The notes under the pieces: generated by a model
The model's database searches: none
Told to the model about the DNA's origin: nothing
The model's input: the letters and a program-made list of their open reading frames with translations, nothing else
Made by a program: the position numbers and the translations under genes
In this document: positions 10,126 to 19,140 of the stretch, piece by piece
How the letters are laid out: the number at the start of each line of letters is the position of its first letter
Position numbering within the stretch: position 1 is the first letter of the stretch
DNA from: Calditrichia bacterium
GTDB taxonomy: Bacteria; Calditrichota; Calditrichia; JAJRVZ01
Length of the DNA: 64,000 nt
Direction of reading: 5' to 3'
NCBI GenBank assembly: GCA_963796965.1
Contig: CAWCNS010000016.1
Location: 206,769 to 270,768, forward strand

Positions 10126-10163
10126 TAAAAATGTAATCTTTGAATTTTAGTTGTATAAAAGAA

Positions 10164-10325
10164 ATGAAAAAAGATAAAATGATTAAAAATGAAACCCCAG
10201 ATTCCTTCGAGGATCAGAAATTAGATTTAATCCGCTTAAGGATAAAAAATGGATATTATAAAAATCATCATATTTTGGAAAATGTTGTAAAGGAAATACT
10301 AAACAAAGAGATAAAACGAAAATAG
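10164..10325 (+). CDS. Small FlgM-like anti-sigma-28 factor (C-terminal domain only)
   Basis: KLDLIRLRIKNGYY..ILENVVKEIL resembles the FlgM C-terminal K-V-x-x-I-K-x-x-I-x-x-G-x-Y motif; directly behind a sigma-28 promoter, 2 kb from fliA. Confidence 0.6.
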   Translation: MKKDKMIKNETPDSFEDQKLDLIRLRIKNGYYKNHHILENVVKEILNKEIKRK

Positions 10326-10534
10326 ATTTTAAATTTTACCGATTGATTATCTATCTGCAAAAACATTCTTAACCGCAGTAAAACTTAATATAACCCACTT
10401 TTTACTTGACTTTTAGACTACCATTTGGGAAATTTACGCATTCCACAATTGAATTGCTTATTTATTCAAAGTTATCTAAATCATCTGAAATTAATTACAA
10501 AAACAATTCAAATTCACTTATAGGAGGATTCTTA

Positions 10535-10807
10535 ATGAGCAAGCAAGAACTAGTAAACTTTATCGCTGATCAGGCAGGTTTGTCAAAAAAAGATGCAGAG
10601 GCAGCCTTAGCAGGATTTGTTGATGGTGTAAAATCATCTCTAAAAAAAGGTGACAGTGTTACTTTGGTTGGTTTTGGCACATTTTCCGTTAGTCACCGTG
10701 GTGCCCGCACAGGAAGAAATCCGCAGACCGGTGCAACGATTAATATACCTGCCCGTAAAGCGCCAGTATTTAAGGCTGGTAAAGCCCTTAAAGAAGCTGT
10801 AAACTAA
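10535..10807 (+). CDS. hup: DNA-binding protein HU
   Basis: [34 protein letters not shown]; GGAGG RBS before ATG at 10535. Confidence 0.95.
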   Translation: MSKQELVNFIADQAGLSKKDAEAALAGFVDGVKSSLKKGDSVTLVGFGTFSVSHRGARTGRNPQTGATINIPARKAPVFKAGKALKEAVN

Positions 10808-10809
10808 AT

Positions 10810-10836
10810 AAAAGGGCGGTATAACCGCCCTTTTTT
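10810..10836 (+). terminator. Rho-independent terminator
   Basis: AAAAGGGCGGT-ATA-ACCGCCCTTTTTT. Confidence 0.85.
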
Positions 10837-10860
10837 ATTTGACTTAACCCTACAAACCCC

Positions 10861-12399
10861 ATGCACAGACAACCCACCAGGAAGGTATCGGTTAGTAAGT
10901 ATCTGTTAATTATTTTAATAACCTTTATTGTTTGTGTCTTTGGTTGTACTTCCACATCTAAAGTTGCTCCTCATTCAGTTAATATATCGAATTTAGATGC
11001 GCTTTCAGCAAAAATCACTTCTCTTATATCAGATCCTCGTCTTTTCAATGCTCAGGTCGGCGTATATATTGAATCTGTTGACTATGGTGAAACTATTTAT
11101 TCTCAAAATGAGCATAAATTATTTATATCTGCTTCAAATATGAAGATTTTTACAACGGCAACGGCATTACTCCGTTTCGGACCGGATTTTAGATATAAAA
11201 CAGCGGTGTTTACTAATAGCACGATTAAAGGCGGTGTCTTGGAAGGCGATCTTATCGTTAGGGGGAAGGGAGATCCGACAATTGCACCAAGGTTTAGCGG
11301 TGGTGACCCGCTAACATTTTTTCGTTCCTGGGCAGATAGTTTAATTGATAAAGGAATTACTGTTATTAATGGTGATATCGTTGGGGATGAATCCTATTTT
11401 CAGACGGATCGGCTTGGATATGGTTGGCAATGGGATGATGAACCCTTTTGGTATTCTGCCCAAATTAGTGCATTATCTTTTAATGACAATTGTATTGATG
11501 TAACAGTGACGTCTAATAAAAATTCAGGGGAACCCCCACTGGTAACTTTATCACCACCAACAAAATATTTCACTATTGAGAACCAGGCTTTAACGGTTGA
11601 CCCGGATTCTACCCGCACATTATTTTTAACCCGTCCCCGGATGCAAAATGTACTACTTGTCCAGAACCATATTCCCCGGAATAAACCAAAATATTTAGAG
11701 TCAATTTCGGTTGATGATCCAGCAAGATACTTTGTCTTTGTGCTCAAGGAAGTGCTTGAGGAAAAGGGCATAGAAGTAAGGGGGACTATAAAAACTAACA
11801 GACAAAAAGGGTATTATCAATATGATCAATTGTCGCGTCTATTTACCCATCAGTCACCACCTATGACCGAGATAATAAAGGTTGTGAATAAACGAAGCCA
11901 AAATCTCTATGCTGAACAGCTTTTAATTACACTCGCCGCTGAATACGGTACAGAGGCCACAGCAGATGAGGGGGTTCAGGTGGTAAACAGTACTCTTTCT
12001 GCTATGGGTATTTCAACCGGTGAATTTCTTATGCATGATGGGTCAGGGCTTTCACGCGTTAATCTTATTTCTCCATACAGTGTTGGATTGCTTCTGCGTT
12101 ATATGTCTAAAAGTGACTATTTCCCATATTTTCATGATTCACTCCCCATCGGTGGGGTAGATGGTTCTTTGCGTCGCAGAATGGTTGAAACCCCGGCACA
12201 GGGTCGGGTAAATGCCAAGACCGGCTATGTTGGACATGTACGCAATCTTTCAGGGTATGCCACGTCGCTTGATGAAGAAACCTTTATATTCTCAATTTTA
12301 GTAAATAACTATCTGATTCCGACCTCAGCTATAAATCTTCTCCAGGATCGAATTTGTATTGTACTTGCAAATTTTAGCCGTTCCCAATCCGTTCGCTAA
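10861..12399 (+). CDS. dacB: D-Ala-D-Ala carboxypeptidase/endopeptidase (PBP4, peptidase S13), probable lipoprotein
   Basis: SNMK (SxxK), SQN (SxN), KTG, DGSGLSR. Confidence 0.92.
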   Translation: MHRQPTRKVSVSKYLLIILITFIVCVFGCTSTSKVAPHSVNISNLDALSAKITSLISDPRLFNAQVGVYIESVDYGETIYSQNEHKLFISASNMKIFTTATALLRFGPDFRYKTAVFTNSTIKGGVLEGDLIVRGKGDPTIAPRFSGGDPLTFFRSWADSLIDKGITVINGDIVGDESYFQTDRLGYGWQWDDEPFWYSAQISALSFNDNCIDVTVTSNKNSGEPPLVTLSPPTKYFTIENQALTVDPDSTRTLFLTRPRMQNVLLVQNHIPRNKPKYLESISVDDPARYFVFVLKEVLEEKGIEVRGTIKTNRQKGYYQYDQLSRLFTHQSPPMTEIIKVVNKRSQNLYAEQLLITLAAEYGTEATADEGVQVVNSTLSAMGISTGEFLMHDGSGLSRVNLISPYSVGLLLRYMSKSDYFPYFHDSLPIGGVDGSLRRRMVETPAQGRVNAKTGYVGHVRNLSGYATSLDEETFIFSILVNNYLIPTSAINLLQDRICIVLANFSRSQSVR

Positions 12400-12575
12400 T
12401 TTTCTTAAAACTTCTGATATTGCTATCAAACATTTTCATTTTTTATAATCTTTATGTATTATTGTTTCATTAGCTGGTCAAAACCTCTTCATAAAGTGGT
12501 TTGCAGATAAACATTTCAGGCAACATATAAAGAGAATATCCGCTTATTATATTTTCCGTAAAAGGGGAGGCCAAA

Positions 12576-12938
12576 TTGGATCTTAAATCTGATTTCAGAG
12601 GTGACTTTTTAATCATAGAAGTAAATAAGAGAAGAGCTACACTTGATCTCGCACCTGAAATGAGAGAGAAAATCATTTCAGAGATTAATCACGGAAATGG
12701 AAAAATTATTGTTAATCTTAGCTATGTTGAATTTATTGACAGTTCTTTCTTAGGGTCACTTGTTGCTGGAGTAAAATTGATTAAAGAAAAAGGTGGTAAA
12801 ATTATCATTGTCGGTCTTCATCCCCATGTTCGAGTTACTTTCGCACTTACGCATATGGATAAAATTTTTCCGGTTTATATCACTGTTGAAGAGGCAATGC
12901 GTAATGAGAGTGAAAATTCCGGGTCATTACCGGGCTAG
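12576..12938 (+). CDS. STAS-domain anti-anti-sigma factor
   Basis: VEFIDSSFLG motif, 120 aa. Confidence 0.85.
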   Translation: MDLKSDFRGDFLIIEVNKRRATLDLAPEMREKIISEINHGNGKIIVNLSYVEFIDSSFLGSLVAGVKLIKEKGGKIIIVGLHPHVRVTFALTHMDKIFPVYITVEEAMRNESENSGSLPG

Positions 12939-13000
12939 GACATTACATCATAACTTATCGTTAATAAAGCGCATACTTGCTATCAGAATTAATGGTTTCC

Positions 13001-13537
13001 ATGAAAAAGATCTATAACTTATCTCAAGGAATAGTAGAATTAATTGAAGATGATCTCACCAACCTATCTGTTGATGCTATTGTGAATGCGGCTAATTCCC
13101 AGCTTGTGCTTGGTGGTGGTGTTGCCGGAGCAATTAAACAAAAAGGAGGACCCTCGATCCAGAAGGAATGCGATCTAATTGGGGGAACCTTTGTTGGTGG
13201 GGCCGTCTTAACAAACGCGGGGAATTTACCCGCTCAGTATGTTATTCATGCTGTTGGGCCTAGAAGGGGAGAGGGAGAAGAAGACGACAAATTAAAAAAC
13301 GCGACTTTAAACTCTCTAATAATTGCTTCAGATGCTAAACTAAATATTATTGCTTTTCCCGCTTTAAGTACAGGTATTTTCGGATTTCCGGTTGATCGCT
13401 GTGCACGAATCATGATCAATACGGTCGTGGTCTATTTGCAAACTCATCTTATTCCCCAACGTGTAATATTTTGTTTATGGGGGAGAGAAAATTATGAAGT
13501 ATTTAGAAAAATGATGGATAAAATAATCAAAAACTGA
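13001..13537 (+). CDS. Macrodomain ADP-ribose-binding protein/hydrolase
   Basis: DAIVNAAN, GGGVAGAI, IHAVGP, STGIFGFP. Confidence 0.92.
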   Translation: MKKIYNLSQGIVELIEDDLTNLSVDAIVNAANSQLVLGGGVAGAIKQKGGPSIQKECDLIGGTFVGGAVLTNAGNLPAQYVIHAVGPRRGEGEEDDKLKNATLNSLIIASDAKLNIIAFPALSTGIFGFPVDRCARIMINTVVVYLQTHLIPQRVIFCLWGRENYEVFRKMMDKIIKN

Positions 13538-13551
13538 ATATGACGAGATGC

Positions 13552-14277
13552 TCAGATATTTAGTGATTTTTGAATATATGCTACATTATCTGTAATGACA
13601 CCATTTACAGAATATTCCAGTACTTTTGTGAGTATTGGCTCTTCATTAACCGTCCAAACATATAACTCTTTATTGTACTTTTTTGCTTTTTTAACCAGAC
13701 TATCATTGACAACTCTAAAATGGGGATGCCAGGCGTCAGTCCAGGTTATTAGATCATAGAAAGTGTGCATCCAGGTCATACGTTGGAATAGATAGCCAGT
13801 TTTGATATTTGGGTTAATAAGTTTTATAATCTGAAGAAGAAATGGATTGAAGCATGAGATCCATACTGAATCCATTAGATCGTGTTTTTTGATTGCATTT
13901 ATGATTTTATGTGCAAATTTAAAATCAAAAAAGTGAATCGTTTTAGCATCGAGGTTTATCGGAACCCGTTTACCAAAATGTTCAAAAAAATCATCCAATG
14001 TTTCAATATATTGCGGGTTTCCTACTCCCAGAGATTGTTTGTATGGATAGGTTCTGAGCTGCTCATACGGTGTCCTACCCACGTAACCTTGCATCTCAAA
14101 CATTCTTTTTAGGGAAAAATCGTGAAATACTACAATCTCACCTGTGCTCGTTTGACGGATATCAATTTCGAGCGCATTTGCACCGGCCACAATGGCCTTT
14201 TCGCAGGCATCAATGGTATTTTCAATCCCTTTGGCGCGATCTCCCCTGTGAGCAACTATTAATGGTTGACTAGTCAC
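13552..14277 (-). CDS. Glycerophosphodiester phosphodiesterase family protein
   Basis: AHRG, ENT, EIDI, VFHD, VWTVN, GVITD. Confidence 0.9.
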   Translation of the reverse strand: MTSQPLIVAHRGDRAKGIENTIDACEKAIVAGANALEIDIRQTSTGEIVVFHDFSLKRMFEMQGYVGRTPYEQLRTYPYKQSLGVGNPQYIETLDDFFEHFGKRVPINLDAKTIHFFDFKFAHKIINAIKKHDLMDSVWISCFNPFLLQIIKLINPNIKTGYLFQRMTWMHTFYDLITWTDAWHPHFRVVNDSLVKKAKKYNKELYVWTVNEEPILTKVLEYSVNGVITDNVAYIQKSLNI

Positions 14278-15391
14278 TTAATATCTTTTCGTAATAATCA
14301 ATATACTTAGGAACAATTATTTCAGGTGAGAATTTGGAGGTGGCAATTTCCATACCCTGCTTACCCATCTCCTTTGCCAATTTATTGTCTGAGAAAATGA
14401 CATCGATGGCTTCGGCAAAGCCTTCAATGTCACCAATATTCACAGTAAAACCTGTCTTGCCATCAAGGTTAACTTCTGGCAGACCGCCGGCATTTGTGGA
14501 GACACATGGAGTACCACAGGCCAGCGCTTCAAGTGCTACAAGTCCAAAACTTTCCGATTCACTCGGTATTAGGGCAATGTCAGCGATAGATAATAATTCT
14601 GAGATATTTTCCTGTTTACCAAGAAAAATAACTTTATCACATAAATTTTCATTTCTACATTGCTCTTCTGTTTTATATCGGTCAGGACCATCGCCAACCA
14701 TCAACATTTTAACTCTATGCTTTTTACTAACTTTTTTAATTATTGGCACGATATCAGTAACCCGTTTGAGTGAGCGAAAATTTGAAATATGAATTAAAAT
14801 CTTTTCATCATCGGAGGCAAATCGTTGACGGATCTCTTTATTCGTCTTAATTGTGCCGAACTCGAATGGAACAAAATTTGGAATAACTTCAATTTCTTTT
14901 TTTGGATTTAAAACTTCAATTGTTTTATTCTTCAAAAATTCAGAAACTGCTGTAACACCTGAACTTTGTTCGATACTGAATTTTGTAATTTTAAAAAATG
15001 AGGGATCCCCGCCTAGTAAAGTTATATCAGTTCCATGAAGAGTTGTTACAAATCTGATGTTTTTATCTTCTAAAATTTGCCTGGCCAGATATGCACTCGT
15101 CGCATGGGGGATAGCATAATGAACATGCATGATATCTAATTTTTGAAATTCAAATACTTCGGCCATCTTAGAAGCCAGGGCGAGGCTATAGGGTGGATAT
15201 TCAAATAAAGGATAATGGATAACTTCAACTTCATGAAAAAATATTTTTGAGGCAAAATTTGTCAGACGATAGGGAAGGGCATAAGAAACAAAATGAACCT
15301 CGTTGCCTCTCTCGGATAATCTTTTCCCAAGTTCAGTCGCAACTACACCACTTCCGCCATAAGTCGGATAACAGGTTATTCCAATTCTCAT
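14270..15391 (-). CDS. bshA: N-acetyl-alpha-D-glucosaminyl L-malate synthase
   Basis: CYPTYGGSGVVATELG, HVHYAIPHA, TTLHGTDIT, HISNFR. Confidence 0.92.
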   Translation of the reverse strand: MRIGITCYPTYGGSGVVATELGKRLSERGNEVHFVSYALPYRLTNFASKIFFHEVEVIHYPLFEYPPYSLALASKMAEVFEFQKLDIMHVHYAIPHATSAYLARQILEDKNIRFVTTLHGTDITLLGGDPSFFKITKFSIEQSSGVTAVSEFLKNKTIEVLNPKKEIEVIPNFVPFEFGTIKTNKEIRQRFASDDEKILIHISNFRSLKRVTDIVPIIKKVSKKHRVKMLMVGDGPDRYKTEEQCRNENLCDKVIFLGKQENISELLSIADIALIPSESESFGLVALEALACGTPCVSTNAGGLPEVNLDGKTGFTVNIGDIEGFAEAIDVIFSDNKLAKEMGKQGMEIATSKFSPEIIVPKYIDYYEKILSD

Positions 15392-16908
15392 GACGAGGTG
15401 GTCATTTCAATTGAGAATTGTTTGACACAGTTACGCCCAGCATGCTTGGCAGCATACAATGCTGTATCTGCCTTATAGATAAGATCTGTTGAGTCTTCTG
15501 CATCGATAGGCAAAGATGCGGTTCCAACACTGACTGAAATCCTGTTCAGAGGTTGTACATCTTCATCAGGGAAGATGGCATCAGCCACATGAGCACGGAT
15601 ACGCTCAGCGAGTATGATGACACCATCGCGTCCGACACTGGGCAGGATGACGGCAAACTCTTCCCCACCATATCGGGCGACGATATCATTTTCACGTACC
15701 GTATCTTTTAAAATATTAGCTAATTGTTTTAAGACTAAATCACCAGCCTGATGCCCAAGGGTATCATTGTAATTTTTAAAATGATCGACATCGAGAATAA
15801 TTAGAGAAACACCTTGTTTATTTCTGGTATGTCTTAGGATCTCTTCTTTAAGTCTCATCTCAAAATAGCGAAAATTATGTAAATCTGTCATACCATCCGT
15901 ATAGGAAAGCTGAATGACTTCGTCATACAATGAAGCATTTGATAATGCTGTCGAAACAATATTATTGATTGTTAATAGAATTTCAAGTTCATTCTTTTGA
16001 TAGGGTTTTTCATTTACCCGCGACCCTAAACATATAAGCGCATCTTCCTGATCCCGGACTGTTGTAATGGGAGAAATCAATTCAATGTTGATTTCCGCCA
16101 AAGCAGAAGTACCCGAGGACTTCAGGACATATTTAGGTAATTTTGTAATAAATTGTGGCGATTGGTTCTTATGCAAATATGAGATGAGTTCGTCACTTTT
16201 TTCAATGGTTAAATCCTCTACATCAGCTTTATAAAGTCCCTTTGAGTTCAGAACAGAGAGACGCTGTTCATTCTTTTTTGCAGGGTATAAAAATACAGCG
16301 CTTTTACAGCTAAATTTTCCGATGAGCGAAAGCAAAGTTGAGTTTATCAGACGATCTACATCAAGAATAGCATGCAATTCGAGAGAAACATCAAATATAT
16401 TTCTGAGGTCATAGATTTTCTTTCTTAATTCTTTATTTTTATCGACAAGATTCTGATTGAGATCATAAATCTGCTTGTTTGCATTTTCAAGCTCGTGGGA
16501 TTCTTGGCGCAGGTTGTCACTTAGTTGTTTGAATCGTAGCGCCGAGTTGATACGTGCAATGAGTTCCTCAAAACTAAACGGTTTAATGATGTAATCATCT
16601 GCACCAACCTCAAGCCCCTGGATGACATCTTTAATCTCACTTTTTGCTGTCAACATCAAGATGGGAATGTATTCATCTAGCCGGCCATTTAGTCGGATTT
16701 CTTTTGCGACTTCAATTCCCGAAATACCTGGCAACATTACATCAAGTAGAATAACATCCGGTTTGGACTGATAATACTTTTTAAGCGCAATTTCACCGCT
16801 CATTGCCTCTTCAATCTCGAAGCCCTGTTCACGCAAAAACTTGCTTAATACCTGTAGCATTTCCTGATGATCATCGACAATTAGGACCCGGAAAGACGTC
16901 TTTTCCAA
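15388..16908 (-). CDS. Response-regulator diguanylate cyclase (REC-coiled coil-GAF-like-GGDEF)
   Basis: N-terminal REC; RxxD I-site (REND) and RYGGEEF active site. Confidence 0.9.
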   Translation of the reverse strand: MEKTSFRVLIVDDHQEMLQVLSKFLREQGFEIEEAMSGEIALKKYYQSKPDVILLDVMLPGISGIEVAKEIRLNGRLDEYIPILMLTAKSEIKDVIQGLEVGADDYIIKPFSFEELIARINSALRFKQLSDNLRQESHELENANKQIYDLNQNLVDKNKELRKKIYDLRNIFDVSLELHAILDVDRLINSTLLSLIGKFSCKSAVFLYPAKKNEQRLSVLNSKGLYKADVEDLTIEKSDELISYLHKNQSPQFITKLPKYVLKSSGTSALAEINIELISPITTVRDQEDALICLGSRVNEKPYQKNELEILLTINNIVSTALSNASLYDEVIQLSYTDGMTDLHNFRYFEMRLKEEILRHTRNKQGVSLIILDVDHFKNYNDTLGHQAGDLVLKQLANILKDTVRENDIVARYGGEEFAVILPSVGRDGVIILAERIRAHVADAIFPDEDVQPLNRISVSVGTASLPIDAEDSTDLIYKADTALYAAKHAGRNCVKQFSIEMTTSS

Positions 16909-17219
16909 TTCAGAACCTTCTTTAATATTTTAGTCTTGTGGATTGATATATGCGAGACAAATCGTTAATTTTCTAAAATTAACAAAAATGATATATTAAT
17001 ACAAGCAATAACCTTAGGTATAAATTGAAACAAAGTAATATACATTACTATCGACAGGAGCAGGTTTGCAATAAGAGTCGTGAGTAAGTGCTCAATAAGT
17101 GAAACATTTTTATTCTTACCGGGTTAAATTAGATCTGAAGGATAAAAATCATATATATTTAATGAAATCTCATCCATGGTTGACTCAAATGATATAAGAA
17201 ATTAAGACAGGATATAAAT

Positions 17220-17663
17220 ATGAAGAAGTACAACAAAATATTTGGTTTTACCTTTTATCTGATTATTGTTCTCGGTATAAGTTTATTTTATGCGATAGCC
17301 TGTAACACAAATTCAACGGAACCGGAAAAGGAAATATCGCTACCGGATAGTAATCTGAATTATATCGAACATATCCAGCCGTTATTAATAACAAAATGTG
17401 GCAGTAGAAATGGTTGCCACGGTAGTTTCGAACCTGCTCGTGGTTTAGATCTGACAGATTACCAGCTTATGATTTCTCATATAGCTGCCGGGAACCAGCA
17501 GTTGATTATCCCAGGTAGTTCCGAGGTGAGTTTTCTATACAATATTCTGCAAGGACAAGTTTTGAATGTTCCAAGAATGCCATTGTATGAACCCAAACTT
17601 GAAGCAAAGTATATTCAGGGTATCAAGCAATGGATTGATGAGGGGGCAGAAGAATTTCCCTAA
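17220..17663 (+). CDS. Lipoprotein with planctomycete-type cytochrome c-like domain
   Basis: Lipobox AIAC, CGSRNGCH, GLDL, RMP, IKQWIDEGA. Confidence 0.65.
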   Translation: MKKYNKIFGFTFYLIIVLGISLFYAIACNTNSTEPEKEISLPDSNLNYIEHIQPLLITKCGSRNGCHGSFEPARGLDLTDYQLMISHIAAGNQQLIIPGSSEVSFLYNILQGQVLNVPRMPLYEPKLEAKYIQGIKQWIDEGAEEFP

Positions 17664-17774
17664 ATCAAAAATGTACAATTATTGCTCACTTTACCATTTT
17701 CTATTTTGATGATTATCATTAGGGGGTATTTGTAAGGCCAATATTAACAATGATTTATGGAAATATATATTTTT

Positions 17775-17790
17775 TGGCACCGTAATTGCA
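17775..17790 (+). promoter_or_regulatory. Sigma-54 promoter (consensus match)
   Basis: TGGCAC-CGTAA-TTGCA. Confidence 0.85.
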
Positions 17791-17800
17791 TTATTTAAAA

Positions 17801-17866
17801 GCGAGCACCTAAATTCCTCTTTTGTTCCTCACCAAAATGCCTCCTCCTGGAGGCATTTTTCTTTTT
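17801..17866 (+). ncRNA. Putative sigma-54-dependent small RNA (~66 nt)
   Basis: Predicted +1 near 17801, CU-rich body with no credible ORF, ends in an intrinsic terminator. Confidence 0.65.
17834..17866 (+). terminator. Rho-independent terminator
   Basis: AAAATGCCTCC-TCCT-GGAGGCATTTT followed by a T-rich tract. Confidence 0.85.
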
Positions 17867-18074
17867 ATCTCATTTATGTTTTGATGATAAATAGATTTTT
17901 TTGCTGTCTCTTGCTGCACATCGTTACCCGTACTCCGAAAAGATGAATTTGAAGTCTGTTTTTGATATGAATTTTTGTATTTTTTAAGTACTTTTAAACC
18001 TGTTCTGAATAGATCTAAATCCTAAATAAAGAACATCGAAATCTCATTTCATTCAGATAGTGTAGGAGAAATTT

Positions 18075-19046
18075 ATGCAATTCCACATACCAGATTCACT
18101 GGGTTTTACAAATGTACCTACTCCGATCGTCAAACTTAATGCCCCGGGTGGATACAACCTGTGGCTAAAAAGAGATGACATGACAGGACTGGAGTTAAGT
18201 GGGAATAAGATACGAAAATTGGATTTTTTGGTTAATGAAGCAATTGAAGACAACGCTGATGGAATTATCACATGTGGTGGCTTACAATCGAACCACTGCC
18301 GTGCTGCAGCCTATTTATCTCAAAAATTGGGGCTCGAATGCATCTTGTATCTTCGTGGTGTCCCTGAGGATCTGGCGACGGGCAATCATTTTCTTAATCT
18401 CCTAACCAATGCTATCATACATTATGTTTCGGCGGAAGAATATCAGGAAATTGATGGCATGATGGAAATGGATTCGAGAAATCAAGCAAAAAGAGGTAAA
18501 AAGTTTTATGTTATCCCGGAAGGTGGATCCAATGCAACAGGAGCCATGGGATATTGTCAGTGTTTTTATGAAATATTAGATCAGATAAAACACCAACAGC
18601 TGCCCGTGGAGGCCATAGCAGTTGCTACGGGGTCGGGAGGTACCCATGCCGGCCTTCTTGCCGGTAAATTTTTAAACAATAGTAAGATAGATATATTCTC
18701 AGTTAATGTTTGCGATGATGCATCATATTTCAGAAAAAAAATCATCTCGATTATTACAGATTTTGACAAAAAGTATAAGACGAATATTGTCCTTGAAGAA
18801 AAAGATATTCATATTATTGATGGATATGTTGGTGGCGGTTATGGTGAGATAGGCAAAGAAGAAGTCGATCTGATAAAAAGAATTATACGACAGGAGGGTA
18901 TCATTCTTGATCCGGTATACACAGCAAAAGCTTATCTTGGTTTAGAACATCAAATGAAAATAAATAATTTAAAATATAGGAATATTCTGTTTATTCATAC
19001 AGGGGGTGTTTTTGGACTATTTCCTTATGCAAAAAATTTTGCTTAA
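18075..19046 (+). CDS. D-cysteine desulfhydrase/ACC deaminase family PLP enzyme
   Basis: KRDD..SGNKIRKL, QSNH, GSGGT, LDPVYTAK, HTGG. Confidence 0.9.
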   Translation: MQFHIPDSLGFTNVPTPIVKLNAPGGYNLWLKRDDMTGLELSGNKIRKLDFLVNEAIEDNADGIITCGGLQSNHCRAAAYLSQKLGLECILYLRGVPEDLATGNHFLNLLTNAIIHYVSAEEYQEIDGMMEMDSRNQAKRGKKFYVIPEGGSNATGAMGYCQCFYEILDQIKHQQLPVEAIAVATGSGGTHAGLLAGKFLNNSKIDIFSVNVCDDASYFRKKIISIITDFDKKYKTNIVLEEKDIHIIDGYVGGGYGEIGKEEVDLIKRIIRQEGIILDPVYTAKAYLGLEHQMKINNLKYRNILFIHTGGVFGLFPYAKNFA

Positions 19047-19140
19047 TTCGTTATTTGGAATTTATAACTTTGGTATATCACATTAGCTCACATGAATTAA
19101 TCAGATTAGAATATGAATAGCAAAATTCCTGGTTATAAAA

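Noticed and set aside
10406-10534. N-terminal extension of HU in the ORF track (likewise for the 52413, 55262 and 39785 starts)
   Set aside because: Better RBS/ATG starts lie downstream and the extensions are not family-like
17045-17080. Minus-strand GTCGATAG as a sigma-28 -10 box for the diguanylate cyclase
   Set aside because: No TAAA/TCAAG -35 element at the required spacing
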